Below, piece after piece: positions 54,585 through 64,000 of a stretch of 64,000 nucleotides of DNA (position 1 is its first letter; each line of letters begins with the position of its first letter). Below the pieces are notes generated by a model, which made no database searches, was not told where the DNA came from, and saw only the letters and a list, made by a program, of their open reading frames with translations. Both the position numbers and the translations under genes were made by a program. Source of the stretch: a virus; IMG/VR virus record IMGVR_UViG_3300015199_000002, positions 18,985 through 82,984 of that record, one strand, 5' to 3'.

Positions 54585-56415
54585 TTTCCACAGTACTTCT
54601 GCCCTCTGTGTCTATAGATACATTATAAATTGAATTAAAGCAACTTTTTAAATTATCGTCGTGTTCGATGAAAATGATTGATTCAGTGCTTGTCGATAGT
54701 TCTTCAAATAGGCTAAACGCCTTTACCTTGAGTTCGGCATCGAGCCCTGCTAACACTTCGTCAAAAATCATCAGATTGAAGTCAACACCAGCAACTTCTG
54801 CTGCGAGCTTCATAAGAGCGGTTGAGAAGGATATAACCAGTAATTTACGCTGGCCCCCGCTAAGTGCCTTAAAATTCGTTGAATACTGATCCTTAAAAAT
54901 CTCCACTTCTAGCTTATCGCTATCCTGTAAAGAGAACTTCACTCGAAAGGCCGAGTCAAAATACTTCTCTAGCCGCGCATTGGTCTCCTGTTGGAGGCGG
55001 GCTACCGAGTTCATGAGAAGTTCTCCCCTCAAAACGAAACTCAAATCATAAACACTTGTTAAGCTGGCTACCCGGTGGGTTTTGTTTTCAATGTTCTCAA
55101 TAATTTTGTCCTGCGCTCTGTCAACACGCTGTATTTCTCCAATTGTTTCCGAAATTTGATGGATATATGGGTTCTTGGCGTCCTTGAGCTCCTGTATGCG
55201 CTCTGGATATGCGTTTACCTGGGCTTCTTCGGCTGCAATAGCTGCTTGGGCGTTTTCTAGCTGGTCAAGTAGCCGCTCATTGTTGTTCCTATCAGATTGA
55301 ACCTGGGCCAGATCGGCCAGGAGAGGGCGTTCTGCTTTCAACTCTGCCTCTACCTCGGATAGAGTCGCTTGTGCCATCTTCAGCAGCTTCTTAGTGGCCT
55401 CTAGCTCTCTTGAGCAAGTTTCCAGGTGCTCTTTTCTGTTTGGATTAGCCCCCGGCCTCTTACATTCAGGGCAGGTGTCTGGCAACCGCTCTTGTCTGGC
55501 CCTGTCTTTCTCGGCAGAGGCTACTTGACTCTTATAGTCGGCCACGATAGAGACGAGCTTCGCGTAGTTGGATTTGACCGACTCGAGCTTGTTCAGCTTT
55601 TCTTTGATCTTGTCTATTTGGAGGGTAAAGGCCTCGTCGTCTTTGATGCTAGTGACTAGCATATTTGACTTAGCCACTAGGGTAGAGATTTTGCTGGCTT
55701 TTACCGCTTCAAATTCCGCGGACTTAGCCTCAGCGTCTACTATGGTCTTCTTTTGCTGTATAGCCCACAGTTCGTACGCACGCTCTGAGGACTGTCTCTG
55801 GCTCACCAGTTGGTCGTACCGGCCCTGGTTCTTGGCCTTTTCGAGTTCTAGTGCCTCTAGCTCCTTCTTGGCTGCCTTTCGGGCCTCTGATGCCTTCTCG
55901 GCCAGCTTTACTGGCATTGAGAGATCTGATATGCGTTCCAAGGTGACACGGCGGTCTTTTGCTTTGGCGATGAAGAACTCTCCGGCCTCACTGAATTGTC
56001 CAAAGAAAGCGCCGATGTTGTAGAGCTCGGCATCGCACCCTATCCGCTCGTCAATCAGCTTCTGAGTCTCGGTCATGTCCTTACCACGCTTCTTGGTGTC
56101 TGGGTCCGAAGCTTCCGTGTAGTATAGGTCGTTCTGGGTTGCCTTACCGCGTACTCGGTGAATAGTGATTTCACCTGTTGGTGTTTCTACGTCGATGTCG
56201 CCCGAAGTCTCGCTTTCGGCTCCCCATGACCTGACGTCTTCAACGGATCCGCCTTTGCTAGTTTGACCCCACACGACCCAATTAGGAATTTCTGCGATTG
56301 TTGATTTTCCAGAGCCGGTGACCCCGGACAACAGTGCGAGTCCTAGATTTGAATAGTCAAAATCTAAAGATTCGAATGAACCGAAGTTGGTGACGGAGGC
56401 GCGCTTAAATCTCAT
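54559..56415 (-). CDS. sbcC: SbcC/Rad50-like (T4 gp46-like) recombination ATPase
   Basis: NFGSF, GVTGSGKST, coiled coils with a CPEC zinc hook, LSGGQ, IFDE and IEH. Confidence 0.92.
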   Translation of the reverse strand: MRFKRASVTNFGSFESLDFDYSNLGLALLSGVTGSGKSTIAEIPNWVVWGQTSKGGSVEDVRSWGAESETSGDIDVETPTGEITIHRVRGKATQNDLYYTEASDPDTKKRGKDMTETQKLIDERIGCDAELYNIGAFFGQFSEAGEFFIAKAKDRRVTLERISDLSMPVKLAEKASEARKAAKKELEALELEKAKNQGRYDQLVSQRQSSERAYELWAIQQKKTIVDAEAKSAEFEAVKASKISTLVAKSNMLVTSIKDDEAFTLQIDKIKEKLNKLESVKSNYAKLVSIVADYKSQVASAEKDRARQERLPDTCPECKRPGANPNRKEHLETCSRELEATKKLLKMAQATLSEVEAELKAERPLLADLAQVQSDRNNNERLLDQLENAQAAIAAEEAQVNAYPERIQELKDAKNPYIHQISETIGEIQRVDRAQDKIIENIENKTHRVASLTSVYDLSFVLRGELLMNSVARLQQETNARLEKYFDSAFRVKFSLQDSDKLEVEIFKDQYSTNFKALSGGQRKLLVISFSTALMKLAAEVAGVDFNLMIFDEVLAGLDAELKVKAFSLFEELSTSTESIIFIEHDDNLKSCFNSIYNVSIDTEGRSTVESGERSETS

Positions 56416-56860
56416 TTACCCCTCTTAATCGTCACATATCCGTCAGAGAAGTTGGCCACTTTAAACTCTTCTGGCAGGCCGGCCATAGGATCTCCATAAA
56501 CAGTCATCTGGGATACCTCCGACGCCAGTCTCGAGAAAGTGTCAGAATCAACTGTGATCTTTTCTATGACCAGGGCGTGCGAGGCGGCAGTAGCTAGTAT
56601 TTCGTGCAGTCCTAGTAGGGAGTTCATTTATAGACCTTTAACTTTGGGTCACTGGAGAGTGTGTGTGCGACTCTTTCCACAGTGCAATATAAACAGTAAC
56701 ACCCTTCCTTCGGGGTGTCGTGCGGATTTAATACCATCTGTTCTGCGTGTGCCTGCCGCCAGTAACTACTCAACGTGTTTAGTTTCTTGCACTCGGAGAT
56801 CAGTTTCCTCGCCTGGGCTATGTTGGCTTCCTTTGAAGTCATGCCAGGGTCTCTCTCCAC
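56412..56860 (-). CDS. Two small hypothetical proteins (56412-56627, 56624-56860)
   Basis: ATGA-coupled ORFs between sbcD and sbcC. Confidence 0.55.
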
Positions 56861-57903
56861 AGACCTTTGAGGTTCTTCTTCTCCTCAAGACTCTCTTCAG
56901 TCTGATCTATGAGTCTATCCATGATCTCCGCCTCAGTCAAGCGCTCCTTTGTCTCTTCCATCCTGGTGACTTCTGTGGGGATTTTGTCTAGCTTGAATTG
57001 GTTTACCTGCAGGTAGTGGCCCAATTCTGCCTTAAATACTCTTGCTAACTCGCTCTCTGGACCGGTCAGTTTAACCCAAAGCAGATCATACTGACCAATG
57101 TTTGATTCGGGAACCGACTCGCTATACCGGTTGCGGTCTTGCTTACTAAGCCAGTCCGTAGTGAGTTCAAGTTTCACGTGCTTGCGGAGGTTTGTGGGTA
57201 CCAGTTCTAGTGTACCGTCGTCGTATAAGATGTTGAACCCTTTGGGGCCGTCGTTGGCTTCAGAATATGTGATGGAATAAGGAGAACCTAGGTATGAGAA
57301 CAGGCCTACTGCGCCTTTCCTTGGAGGACCGCACTTTATGTCCTGCCGTTTATGGTAATGGCTCGCGATAACTCGGAAGTCAGAAAACGAGTCAGTTGGA
57401 AGTGATGTGGAATCTTTTACATAATGACCTAAATCCGCGCCCATTACTCCTTGATGAATTATCAAGCGGGTCCCAATATCCACTGTGTGTAGGAACTCTT
57501 TTAGCTTATTTGTGTCATTGAAGTATGGAACAATATAGGATTTGAATCGCTCAATGTAGACCGGCGACGATACTACCTGCGCGTACGGGCGTAAAAAGTT
57601 GAGAGCGCTATTATCCCCCTTCTCTGAAAGCATGTCGTGATTGCCAGTATTGATATAAACTTGTTCTGACTCAATTTCCCCTAGTATTTCAATAAGTCGG
57701 TTTGCGATTTCACCGCGTATAATAGCTTTGGCGTCAAGGGTATCGCCGTTCAGGATAATAGGAACGTGCAGTTCCTTAGCTTTTAAGATCATCTGCCTAA
57801 GCGCTGAACTCGCCAGCTCCAAGGTGCCGAGAGTAAAATGAGAGTCGCCTGTGGCTACTGCAATTGGGCTACGCAATTCGGTCACGCTTCCTAGAATTTT
57901 CAA
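56839..57903 (-). CDS. sbcD: SbcD/Mre11-like (T4 gp47-like) nuclease
   Basis: GDSH, GDTLD, GNHD, HQ, SHYH..Q and YLGSP motifs; upstream of sbcC. Confidence 0.88.
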   Translation of the reverse strand: MKILGSVTELRSPIAVATGDSHFTLGTLELASSALRQMILKAKELHVPIILNGDTLDAKAIIRGEIANRLIEILGEIESEQVYINTGNHDMLSEKGDNSALNFLRPYAQVVSSPVYIERFKSYIVPYFNDTNKLKEFLHTVDIGTRLIIHQGVMGADLGHYVKDSTSLPTDSFSDFRVIASHYHKRQDIKCGPPRKGAVGLFSYLGSPYSITYSEANDGPKGFNILYDDGTLELVPTNLRKHVKLELTTDWLSKQDRNRYSESVPESNIGQYDLLWVKLTGPESELARVFKAELGHYLQVNQFKLDKIPTEVTRMEETKERLTEAEIMDRLIDQTEESLEEKKNLKGLWRETLA

Positions 57904-58498
57904 CTGCCCACATAGGTTGTATGTTAGAAAAGTGGCAGGCTACTTTTACCTGAGCGTCGTCTGTAAGATCAAAACTTGCTAATGGAAGCCTGTGATCTAG
58001 GCTCCACTGCCCTTTAAGATTGCCGTAGTTGGCCCACGACATGCCCGTCAAAAACATAGACTGAATATGATCTTGAAAATGCGCAATAGAGCAGCCCAAC
58101 AGCTCTAAAGTAGGCGCCGGCTTTTCTTTTCCGTCGAATACACATCGAAGACGACTGCGGAGATTGGCGGCAAGTTTGGTAGGCATATGCTCTGAACGTC
58201 TCCTGCGAGCATAAGCTGATACCTTGTCTCTATTGGCCTGTTTCCAGCGCGCGCCTCTAGCATTCGCTCTTTCTACGTTTTGCTTGCGCCATAAAGCTGA
58301 CCTTTCACATGCTTGCCTACGCTTGACGTCTTGAGGAACCGTTCGCCGCACAGTAAACACATTATCTTTCACGCACTTTTTACATTTTGCCGCCCTGTTA
58401 CTGGCTCCCGTACATTTGCGATTGAACGCCTCAAGAGGTAGATCTAACGCGCATCCTGTGCAAACTTTGCTGTCAGTAAATATTCTAGGTCTGCTCAT
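57869..58498 (-). CDS. HNH-like homing endonuclease, same family as 15048-15860
   Basis: NLRSRL...LGCS...GMSWANYG..GQWSLDHRLP...HFSNIQPMW..N..K. Confidence 0.78.
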   Translation of the reverse strand: MSRPRIFTDSKVCTGCALDLPLEAFNRKCTGASNRAAKCKKCVKDNVFTVRRTVPQDVKRRQACERSALWRKQNVERANARGARWKQANRDKVSAYARRRRSEHMPTKLAANLRSRLRCVFDGKEKPAPTLELLGCSIAHFQDHIQSMFLTGMSWANYGNLKGQWSLDHRLPLASFDLTDDAQVKVACHFSNIQPMWAVENSRKRDRIA

Positions 58499-59415
58499 TC
58501 TGTCTCTTCCTCATCTTCAGCCATATCCGCGTCAGAAACCTGGGATCCAGCCGACGTAATAACGAAGTCCATCTGGTACACGGAGGTTTTGCCTGCGCTC
58601 AGGTGGTTCTTAGTTACTGTGGCCCTAGTCAAAATGCCGTACTTAACTTTCTTCTTCTTCTCGGTGCGAGTCAGTACCTTGATGCGCTTTAGTCCTATAA
58701 TAAGAGAACTGAAGTATTCTATGCCGGAGCCGCCCTTAGCCTGGTCACCGTGTTGCATGAATCCGATTTTCGCATACGTCTGATTCACCAAGAGAACGCA
58801 AATGCTATCTGGGTACTTGTTAAACATTCCGACCCAATGTCTAATCACCGACCCCGCTTCTTTGGCGTCCTGTCCGGGCTGCCCGTGTTTCTCGTCTGCA
58901 AGATTGCGCTCAGTTTCGGATCTGGACACCGAGGCGCCTACGCTGTCCCAGACCACTAAGATTTTCTCCTTTGGATTGTCTGCCTTCAAAATGTTAATAT
59001 AGTCTTTAACTAGCTGGCCGGCTTTTCTAATCTCGTTGGTCTTGATTATCAGTAGTGTCTTAGGGGCTCCGCCGAACTCAGCCTGGTACCGCTCTAGGTC
59101 TAGCTTGTCCTCGGCATCAACTACAATGACTTTGAACCCGGCTTTTTGCGCCGACGCCATCACCTCGCCGGCGGTGGTACTTTTGCCAGTATCAGGTTTT
59201 CCCATAACTTGGGCGACCTTATTGAAAGGAAGGCAGGGGAGACCTGTCATGCTGCGGATTGGGTTTGCTTCTGGGAGAGGGACCCCGTCATCGGCGGTAT
59301 AAACCTTGGCCTCCCCGGACGTGTTTGTGAGAATTCTCTGCATGGACTCGTCTTTTGCGTAAAGAGCGCGAACTCTGTCCGCGACTGACTGCGTATTACT
59401 TTGCTTTGCTGCCAT
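58495..59415 (-). CDS. recA: RecA/UvsX-like recombinase
   Basis: GKPDTGKST, VDAE, VWDSVG, VNQ and GG.GIEYFSS motifs. Confidence 0.88.
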   Translation of the reverse strand: MAAKQSNTQSVADRVRALYAKDESMQRILTNTSGEAKVYTADDGVPLPEANPIRSMTGLPCLPFNKVAQVMGKPDTGKSTTAGEVMASAQKAGFKVIVVDAEDKLDLERYQAEFGGAPKTLLIIKTNEIRKAGQLVKDYINILKADNPKEKILVVWDSVGASVSRSETERNLADEKHGQPGQDAKEAGSVIRHWVGMFNKYPDSICVLLVNQTYAKIGFMQHGDQAKGGSGIEYFSSLIIGLKRIKVLTRTEKKKKVKYGILTRATVTKNHLSAGKTSVYQMDFVITSAGSQVSDADMAEDEEETE

Positions 59416-59907
59416 AATGCCGGATCAACTTTCTTTTGCTGTCGTATAATCTCAACGTAATTGTTTTGTTTTTATTTTTCCTGAAGGAGTAAAAGGCAAC
59501 CTTTTCTATGTCAAGCATCGCGGATAGTTGTGAGAGCTCTAAAATTCCGAACTGATCGACTTTGATAAAAACCCTCATTGACTTGTCAGTTAAACTCGAG
59601 GTAGCCGGTCGAGGCAGAGCATTGATAGCCTCGTTTGATTGCGTTCTCTTCGCCACTTGCTGCCGGCTACAAACTTTTTTCATTGGAGGGTGTCCAGTAC
59701 TTTGTTAGAGCGGAACCGCGCCCAAAGTACTATAGCGATCACAGTCCCTACCCATAGAATATTAAGCCTTGATCTTGGGTAGTATAAGAACTCATTAGCG
59801 ACGCCCCATAAAATGTATAGCATCGCTACTGTGGTGGACAGCATTAAGGCAAAGATTATAGTAACGGCAGCCCAATCTAAAAACTTTTTCATCCAGTACT
59901 CCTGCAC
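59396..59907 (-). CDS. Two small hypothetical proteins (59396-59683; 59680-59907 with two TM helices)
   Basis: Chained ORFs; start positions uncertain. Confidence 0.5.
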
Positions 59908-60293
59908 ATTTGTCTAAAATAAACGTGGCACTGCTCAAAGATTTTAAGGTAGTTGTGTAGCGCCTCTGCTTCCACTTCAGCCTCATCGAAACCTTTCTGT
60001 TCTCCGGCCACTAGCTCGCTCATCTCTACCTGAGCGTTGAGCAGTACATCGCTGGGTTTCTTATCCCCAGCTTTGGCCCCCTCTAGATACACCGCGGCTC
60101 GGATCGCCTTAACTCCTTGTTTGCGCATCCTGGCGTCCAAAGAAGCTATACTCAACTCATTATTGATAACCATCTGGGCATGCAAAAATTCGCCTGCCAG
60201 GAGTTCTGCCTCAGTTACGGTGACTGACTCCTCGTAGGCTGCTTTGATCTTTGCTTCTAGTGCTGCACATAGTGCTTGGGTGTTCTTACGCAT
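59889..60293 (-). CDS. UvsY-like recombination mediator
   Basis: 134-aa helical protein leading the recA-sbcDC operon; assignment from size, helicity and context. Confidence 0.45.
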   Translation of the reverse strand: MRKNTQALCAALEAKIKAAYEESVTVTEAELLAGEFLHAQMVINNELSIASLDARMRKQGVKAIRAAVYLEGAKAGDKKPSDVLLNAQVEMSELVAGEQKGFDEAEVEAEALHNYLKIFEQCHVYFRQMCRSTG

Positions 60294-60315
60294 ATAATCA
60301 GTATACGATGGGTAT

Positions 60316-60695
60316 TTATATTTTACAAGTGGATTGTATAAAAATAGGCGCTAATTCTAGTTCTGCTTCTTTGAATATGTGGAAGCTACCCGGCTCATCA
60401 AGACCAAGTCTGACGCAGTACTGGTACTTGGGTTCATCGAAATAGTTAAGAACCGTGCCGTATTGACCTTCGAAAAACCCCGCGGTTGTTACTTTGACAG
60501 AGGCTCCGTATTTGAATTTCATACTGCTACGTACCTAGCTAGGATCTCTTTCTGGGCGGTCTCTTTGTCGCAGTGAGTTAAGGAGTAGTAGTAAGGATTC
60601 TCGTCGCCTATATTGTCCCACAAACGCAGATAATTCCCCTTAATGAACTGTTCTTCCTGATACTTTGCCGCTTTTAGGTAGTTATTTATACCCAT
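60316..60695 (-). CDS. Two small hypothetical proteins (60316-60522, KOW/SH3-like; 60519-60695, 58 aa, not in the track)
   Basis: MKFKYGASVKVT..GFFEGQYGTV pattern; second ORF MGINNYLKAAK with AAGGA RBS. Confidence 0.5.
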
Positions 60696-60704
60696 ACTAT
60701 ATCC

Positions 60705-61190
60705 TTAAAAAGTTAGTCCAACAGAGGCGTTGACGGTGCCGTTTGTGAAACCGGCTAAACCTATGCCTATCGGCCCTAGGACTCCCTTATACACCGACAA
60801 ACCGTAAGCGGGGGTAGATGCATTTAGTGATAGGGGGATTGCTATATTGACAGCTACCGTCGTTGGCGATCCTCCCTTAGTGATTTCCTTAGTCTGTGTC
60901 TCAGTCACTGCGGTCTGGTCAGTCTCTTTAGAGTCTGTCTTGCGAGTAGTCTTATCGTCCTCGACCGCAGTAGTCGTCGTCGTGGTGGTGCCGTCTGGCT
61001 TAGATACCACCACGGTGACAGTCTCTTTGTGCTTGTCTTTGTTAGTGTCGGTTTTAACTGTGTCGGTCTTTTTCTCTACTTCGACCACCTTAGTTTCAAT
61101 CTTAACTTTCTCAGGAACAGTATACCGGCCTATAGCGAATGCTGCCAGCAACATAATTCCACCTAGTATCGCTTGTGTCTTTTCGGTCAT
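60705..61190 (-). CDS. Protein with N-terminal membrane anchor, Thr/Lys-rich stalk and C-terminal beta-strands ending in Phe
   Basis: ILGGIMLLAAFAIG; T/K/E/V-rich linker; YGLSVYK.VLGPIGIGLAGFTNGTVNASVGLTF. Confidence 0.65.
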   Translation of the reverse strand: MTEKTQAILGGIMLLAAFAIGRYTVPEKVKIETKVVEVEKKTDTVKTDTNKDKHKETVTVVVSKPDGTTTTTTTAVEDDKTTRKTDSKETDQTAVTETQTKEITKGGSPTTVAVNIAIPLSLNASTPAYGLSVYKGVLGPIGIGLAGFTNGTVNASVGLTF

Positions 61191-61293
61191 TGGGTCTTAA
61201 CTCCTAGTGCGTTTAAAAACTCAAACAGGGCAAGTACAGATAAGAACAGCATCGCTGTCATGATGGCGTAGGCGGCTATAAAATACAGACACT

Positions 61294-62006
61294 TCATCGG
61301 AACTTCGTCCAGCCTAGTCTTTTGGGAATTGTGACCGTCCTTGGTTTACTAGCCATATCCTTGGCAATTTGAATTACCTCTTCTGCAGCCTTATTAACCC
61401 TGTCTACGGAGTCTTGTGCAGCCGTTGACATAGTCAGAGTAGGCGTCCAGTTACCTAGCATGTCTCTGTAGACGTGTCCGCATGTGCATCGGTTATTTGG
61501 GAAATTAACGAAGTGCTCGTCTGCCGCGGCGTTTTTAGTGGTGCCGCAGGGTTTAGGGGTAGTGTTCCATGGGGGCAGCTCTACTACCTTCCACTTTTCT
61601 GCTGGTGGGTTCATCGTCACGTAGTCCTTGAATTGATGCTTTGGGTATGTCGGAGGATCTTCTAGTGCTACTTCACGAGCTACGAATATCTCAGACAATT
61701 CTTTTTTGCACTGTCTGCAGTAATGGTAGGTCTCGCCAAACTCGGTGGCTTGGGCCTTAACCATTTCTGAGTAGCACTGGGGGCAGGTCACTTCTGCGCT
61801 CCTCGGTCCAGATAACTTCCCATCTTTTCGCAACTGAGCCTGATCCCTTTAATCCGGTAAGGCAGCGTTTCGTGCTCTACTTCTCTATATGCCTCTGCCG
61901 ATAGTCTAGTGGGGAACAGATGTCCTACTCGTACAAACCTTCCGGATACTTGTTCCACAAGAAGCTCAAAACCTACTCTTACTTTTTTCTGTGTTGACTT
62001 GTTCAT
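61294..62006 (-). CDS. Two hypothetical proteins (61294-61833 zinc ribbon; 61788-62006)
   Basis: CPQC...YHYCRQC resembles the zinc ribbon of 35231-35710. Confidence 0.55.
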
Positions 62007-62479
62007 TCTCCGCTCCTTTTAGGTCTATTGCTATCCCAATATGATAAAGCTCTGGCGCCTAATTCTCCTGACTGACGAGCTACTTCTATTAGTAAGGCCG
62101 AAGCAATAACAAATTGATCATAGTCGGAGTATTGCTTGTATGTGGGCGCAGTTAATTTTTCAGTTGGTTGGGTTTCATTTTTGTCTAAATAACCCTCGGA
62201 CACCTGAGCGTCGCTAAACACCTGAGCGTCGCTAAACACCTGAGCGTCGCTAAACACCTGAGCGTCGCCGTACACCCAAGCGTTGCCGAACACCTGAGCG
62301 TTGCCGTACACCTTAGCGTCGCCGTACACCCAGCAGGAGCCGTCTTGGGAGAGGTTAGCCTCCTTCTCAATGTAGCCTCCTAGTTCGCCTGTAGGTTTGC
62401 CGTCAAGTAACCTCTCGATTCTATAGAGAGTCTTGCCATAAACTTCTAACTTAAGATCTAACCGTAGTTTGTATTTCAT
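62003..62479 (-). CDS. Hexapeptide-repeat protein, copy 3
   Basis: Same leader (MKYKLRLDLKLEVY...GGYIEKEANLSQDGSCW), seven repeats, unrelated C-terminus. Confidence 0.85.
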   Translation of the reverse strand: MKYKLRLDLKLEVYGKTLYRIERLLDGKPTGELGGYIEKEANLSQDGSCWVYGDAKVYGNAQVFGNAWVYGDAQVFSDAQVFSDAQVFSDAQVSEGYLDKNETQPTEKLTAPTYKQYSDYDQFVIASALLIEVARQSGELGARALSYWDSNRPKRSGE

Positions 62480-63478
62480 TCTAACTCTTCCTCTTCGTTT
62501 CGATCTTCCTTATCCTCACATTCAGGCAAAGGTCCTTCAAGCTTATAACGGCTGTTCTCGGTTGTCAAGACCATGTACCCATCGACATGGGGCGCTGCGT
62601 CCAATACCCAGCTTGTCACCATACCGCTCCAGGGGAACGTTCCTATCATGATGGAGGGTCCTCCTCCTCGGTTAATTATGGTGATCCTGCCTGTATATGG
62701 GGCGCCTTCTTTGATTTCTGATTCACCGTGTTTTGGGGAGTCTACGGTGCCTAGTTTGGTCAGGGAGTACCGTCCGAACGGCAGGGTTGTTAGTGCCTGC
62801 GGGACCTTAGGGTAGATTTCGCTATCAATTTGGATTGTGTTACTCATTTGTTACTTCCCTCAGTAATTATGTACTTCGTACTCGTTCATAAGACCCAGTA
62901 ATACGTCCCTAACTTCCTGAAGATCGTTACGATTTTCGTACTTTATCCTGTTACGTAACCAGTTATCCATCTCAGAGCAGACCATCATCCAGTCTCCTGC
63001 TTTGAGGGTCAGTTTATACTCTTCCTGTTCTTCTGGTAAATTAAATTCTAAGATAGCTTTTGGCATATCAACAACTTTCCATACTTACGTTATCAGGTTC
63101 CACTTCAACTACGCAATAATATTCAGGAGAATCCCCTCTCCAAGCCATTACCGCCCCCTCAAACCCTGACGCCACGGCTTCCTGGATGTCGCTCTTTACC
63201 TGAGTATACGCCCTATGGCATTCCTCGGTAGCTAAAGACAACAGCTTGGATTTAGGCTCATAAGTCAATTCTTTGTAAACCATACTTGACACTAGCGACG
63301 CTATCACATTGAGCCTAGCCGTGTGGCCGAACTCAGCACCATACAACTTGACTTGTTCGTTAGTTAAACTCAACACTTCCTCAACCATAGCGGTCGTGAA
63401 TTGCATAAGCCATTGCTCTTGTGTTATCGTACTCTCTGTATCTTCTGGTATCGGAGGCATGTTCTTAGGTTTTTTCAT
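62476..63478 (-). CDS. Three hypothetical proteins (62476-62847, 62860-63066, 63068-63478)
   Basis: Consecutive ORFs with short gaps. Confidence 0.6.
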
Positions 63479-63484
63479 TTGACC

Positions 63485-64000
63485 CTACGTTAAATGTGTG
63501 TTATTAGGGTTACCCGATTCTACGATAGAAGGTGAGTTCTCTCCCCACGATATCGTAACGTCGTTATTATCCACAGTCCCGCTGACGATTTTGTACTTAG
63601 CCTCTTTCAGCATGTCCATGAGTTTATGTGGCTCTGTACAGTTCATTTTTTTGAAGTCAAGTTGAACGTAGCATCTTCCGACTTGAGTGGCGGAGAGTAT
63701 CTGATCGTTCAAGCGAATAAAGATCTCATCGACGTAGTAGTATTTATTAGCGGAACTCATCTCCATAGCCTTCTCCGGAGTGGTTATTGGAGGAGGTCTT
63801 TTGGTGTCTGAAAAAGGGTTATTTTCTGTGGTTTGTTGTGGTTCACTCCCGAATTCGTGAGCGTTGCCGTACACCAGAGCGTTGCTGAACACATAAGCGT
63901 TGCCGAACACCCAAGCGTTGCCGTACACCTGAGCGTCGCCGTACACCTGAGCGTCGCCGTACACCTGAGCGTCGCCGGACACCCAAGAGTAGCCGGAAAC
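63485..64000 (-). CDS. Hexapeptide-repeat protein, copy 4 (5' end outside the window)
   Basis: Frame open to the window edge (VSGYSWVSGDAQVYGDAQ...); same 18-bp unit; unrelated C-terminus. Confidence 0.8.
   Translation of the reverse strand, partial: VSGYSWVSGDAQVYGDAQVYGDAQVYGNAWVFGNAYVFSNALVYGNAHEFGSEPQQTTENNPFSDTKRPPPITTPEKAMEMSSANKYYYVDEIFIRLNDQILSATQVGRCYVQLDFKKMNCTEPHKLMDMLKEAKYKIVSGTVDNNDVTISWGENSPSIVESGNPNNTHLT

Overview
The window is a 64 kb stretch of a tailed dsDNA bacteriophage genome (Caudoviricetes). The portal, adaptor and nozzle genes suggest a podovirus-like tail. No cellular housekeeping genes, rRNA, tRNA or CRISPR array were seen. Four blocks: (1) 1-27.8 kb, minus strand: virion morphogenesis (terminase, portal, scaffold, beta-rich structural proteins, major capsid, a capsid-adjacent protein with a DUF3494 ice-binding domain, three fibres, adaptor, nozzle). 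(2) 27.9-32.2 kb: two phosphoesterases, a small serine resolvase, an HNH gene and about 1.6 kb of non-coding DNA rich in palindromes and repeats, where transcription diverges (candidate origin or terminus). (3) 32.2-39.2 kb, plus strand: putative early module behind a sigma54-like promoter, encoding a pilin-like protein, two lipoproteins, a small beta-strand outer-membrane protein, a DenV-like glycosylase and hexapeptide-repeat proteins. (4) 39.2-64 kb, minus strand: DNA metabolism (PolA with Leu762, primase-helicase, SSB, dNMP kinase, CYTH enzyme, C5 methyltransferase, SbcCD, RecA, UvsY-like). Most notable: the ice-binding domain nested in a likely virion protein; a methyltransferase apparently split across two overlapping reading frames; a twin-hairpin RNA with C-rich loops found twice with unrelated stems; four hexapeptide-repeat genes with swapped C-termini; and adaptor/fibre gene pairs sharing an N-terminal peptide. 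The envelope genes and sigma54 motif point to a diderm host with type IV pili, possibly Bdellovibrionota or Myxococcota (inference). All calls come from reading motifs by eye; no database searches or folding programs were run.
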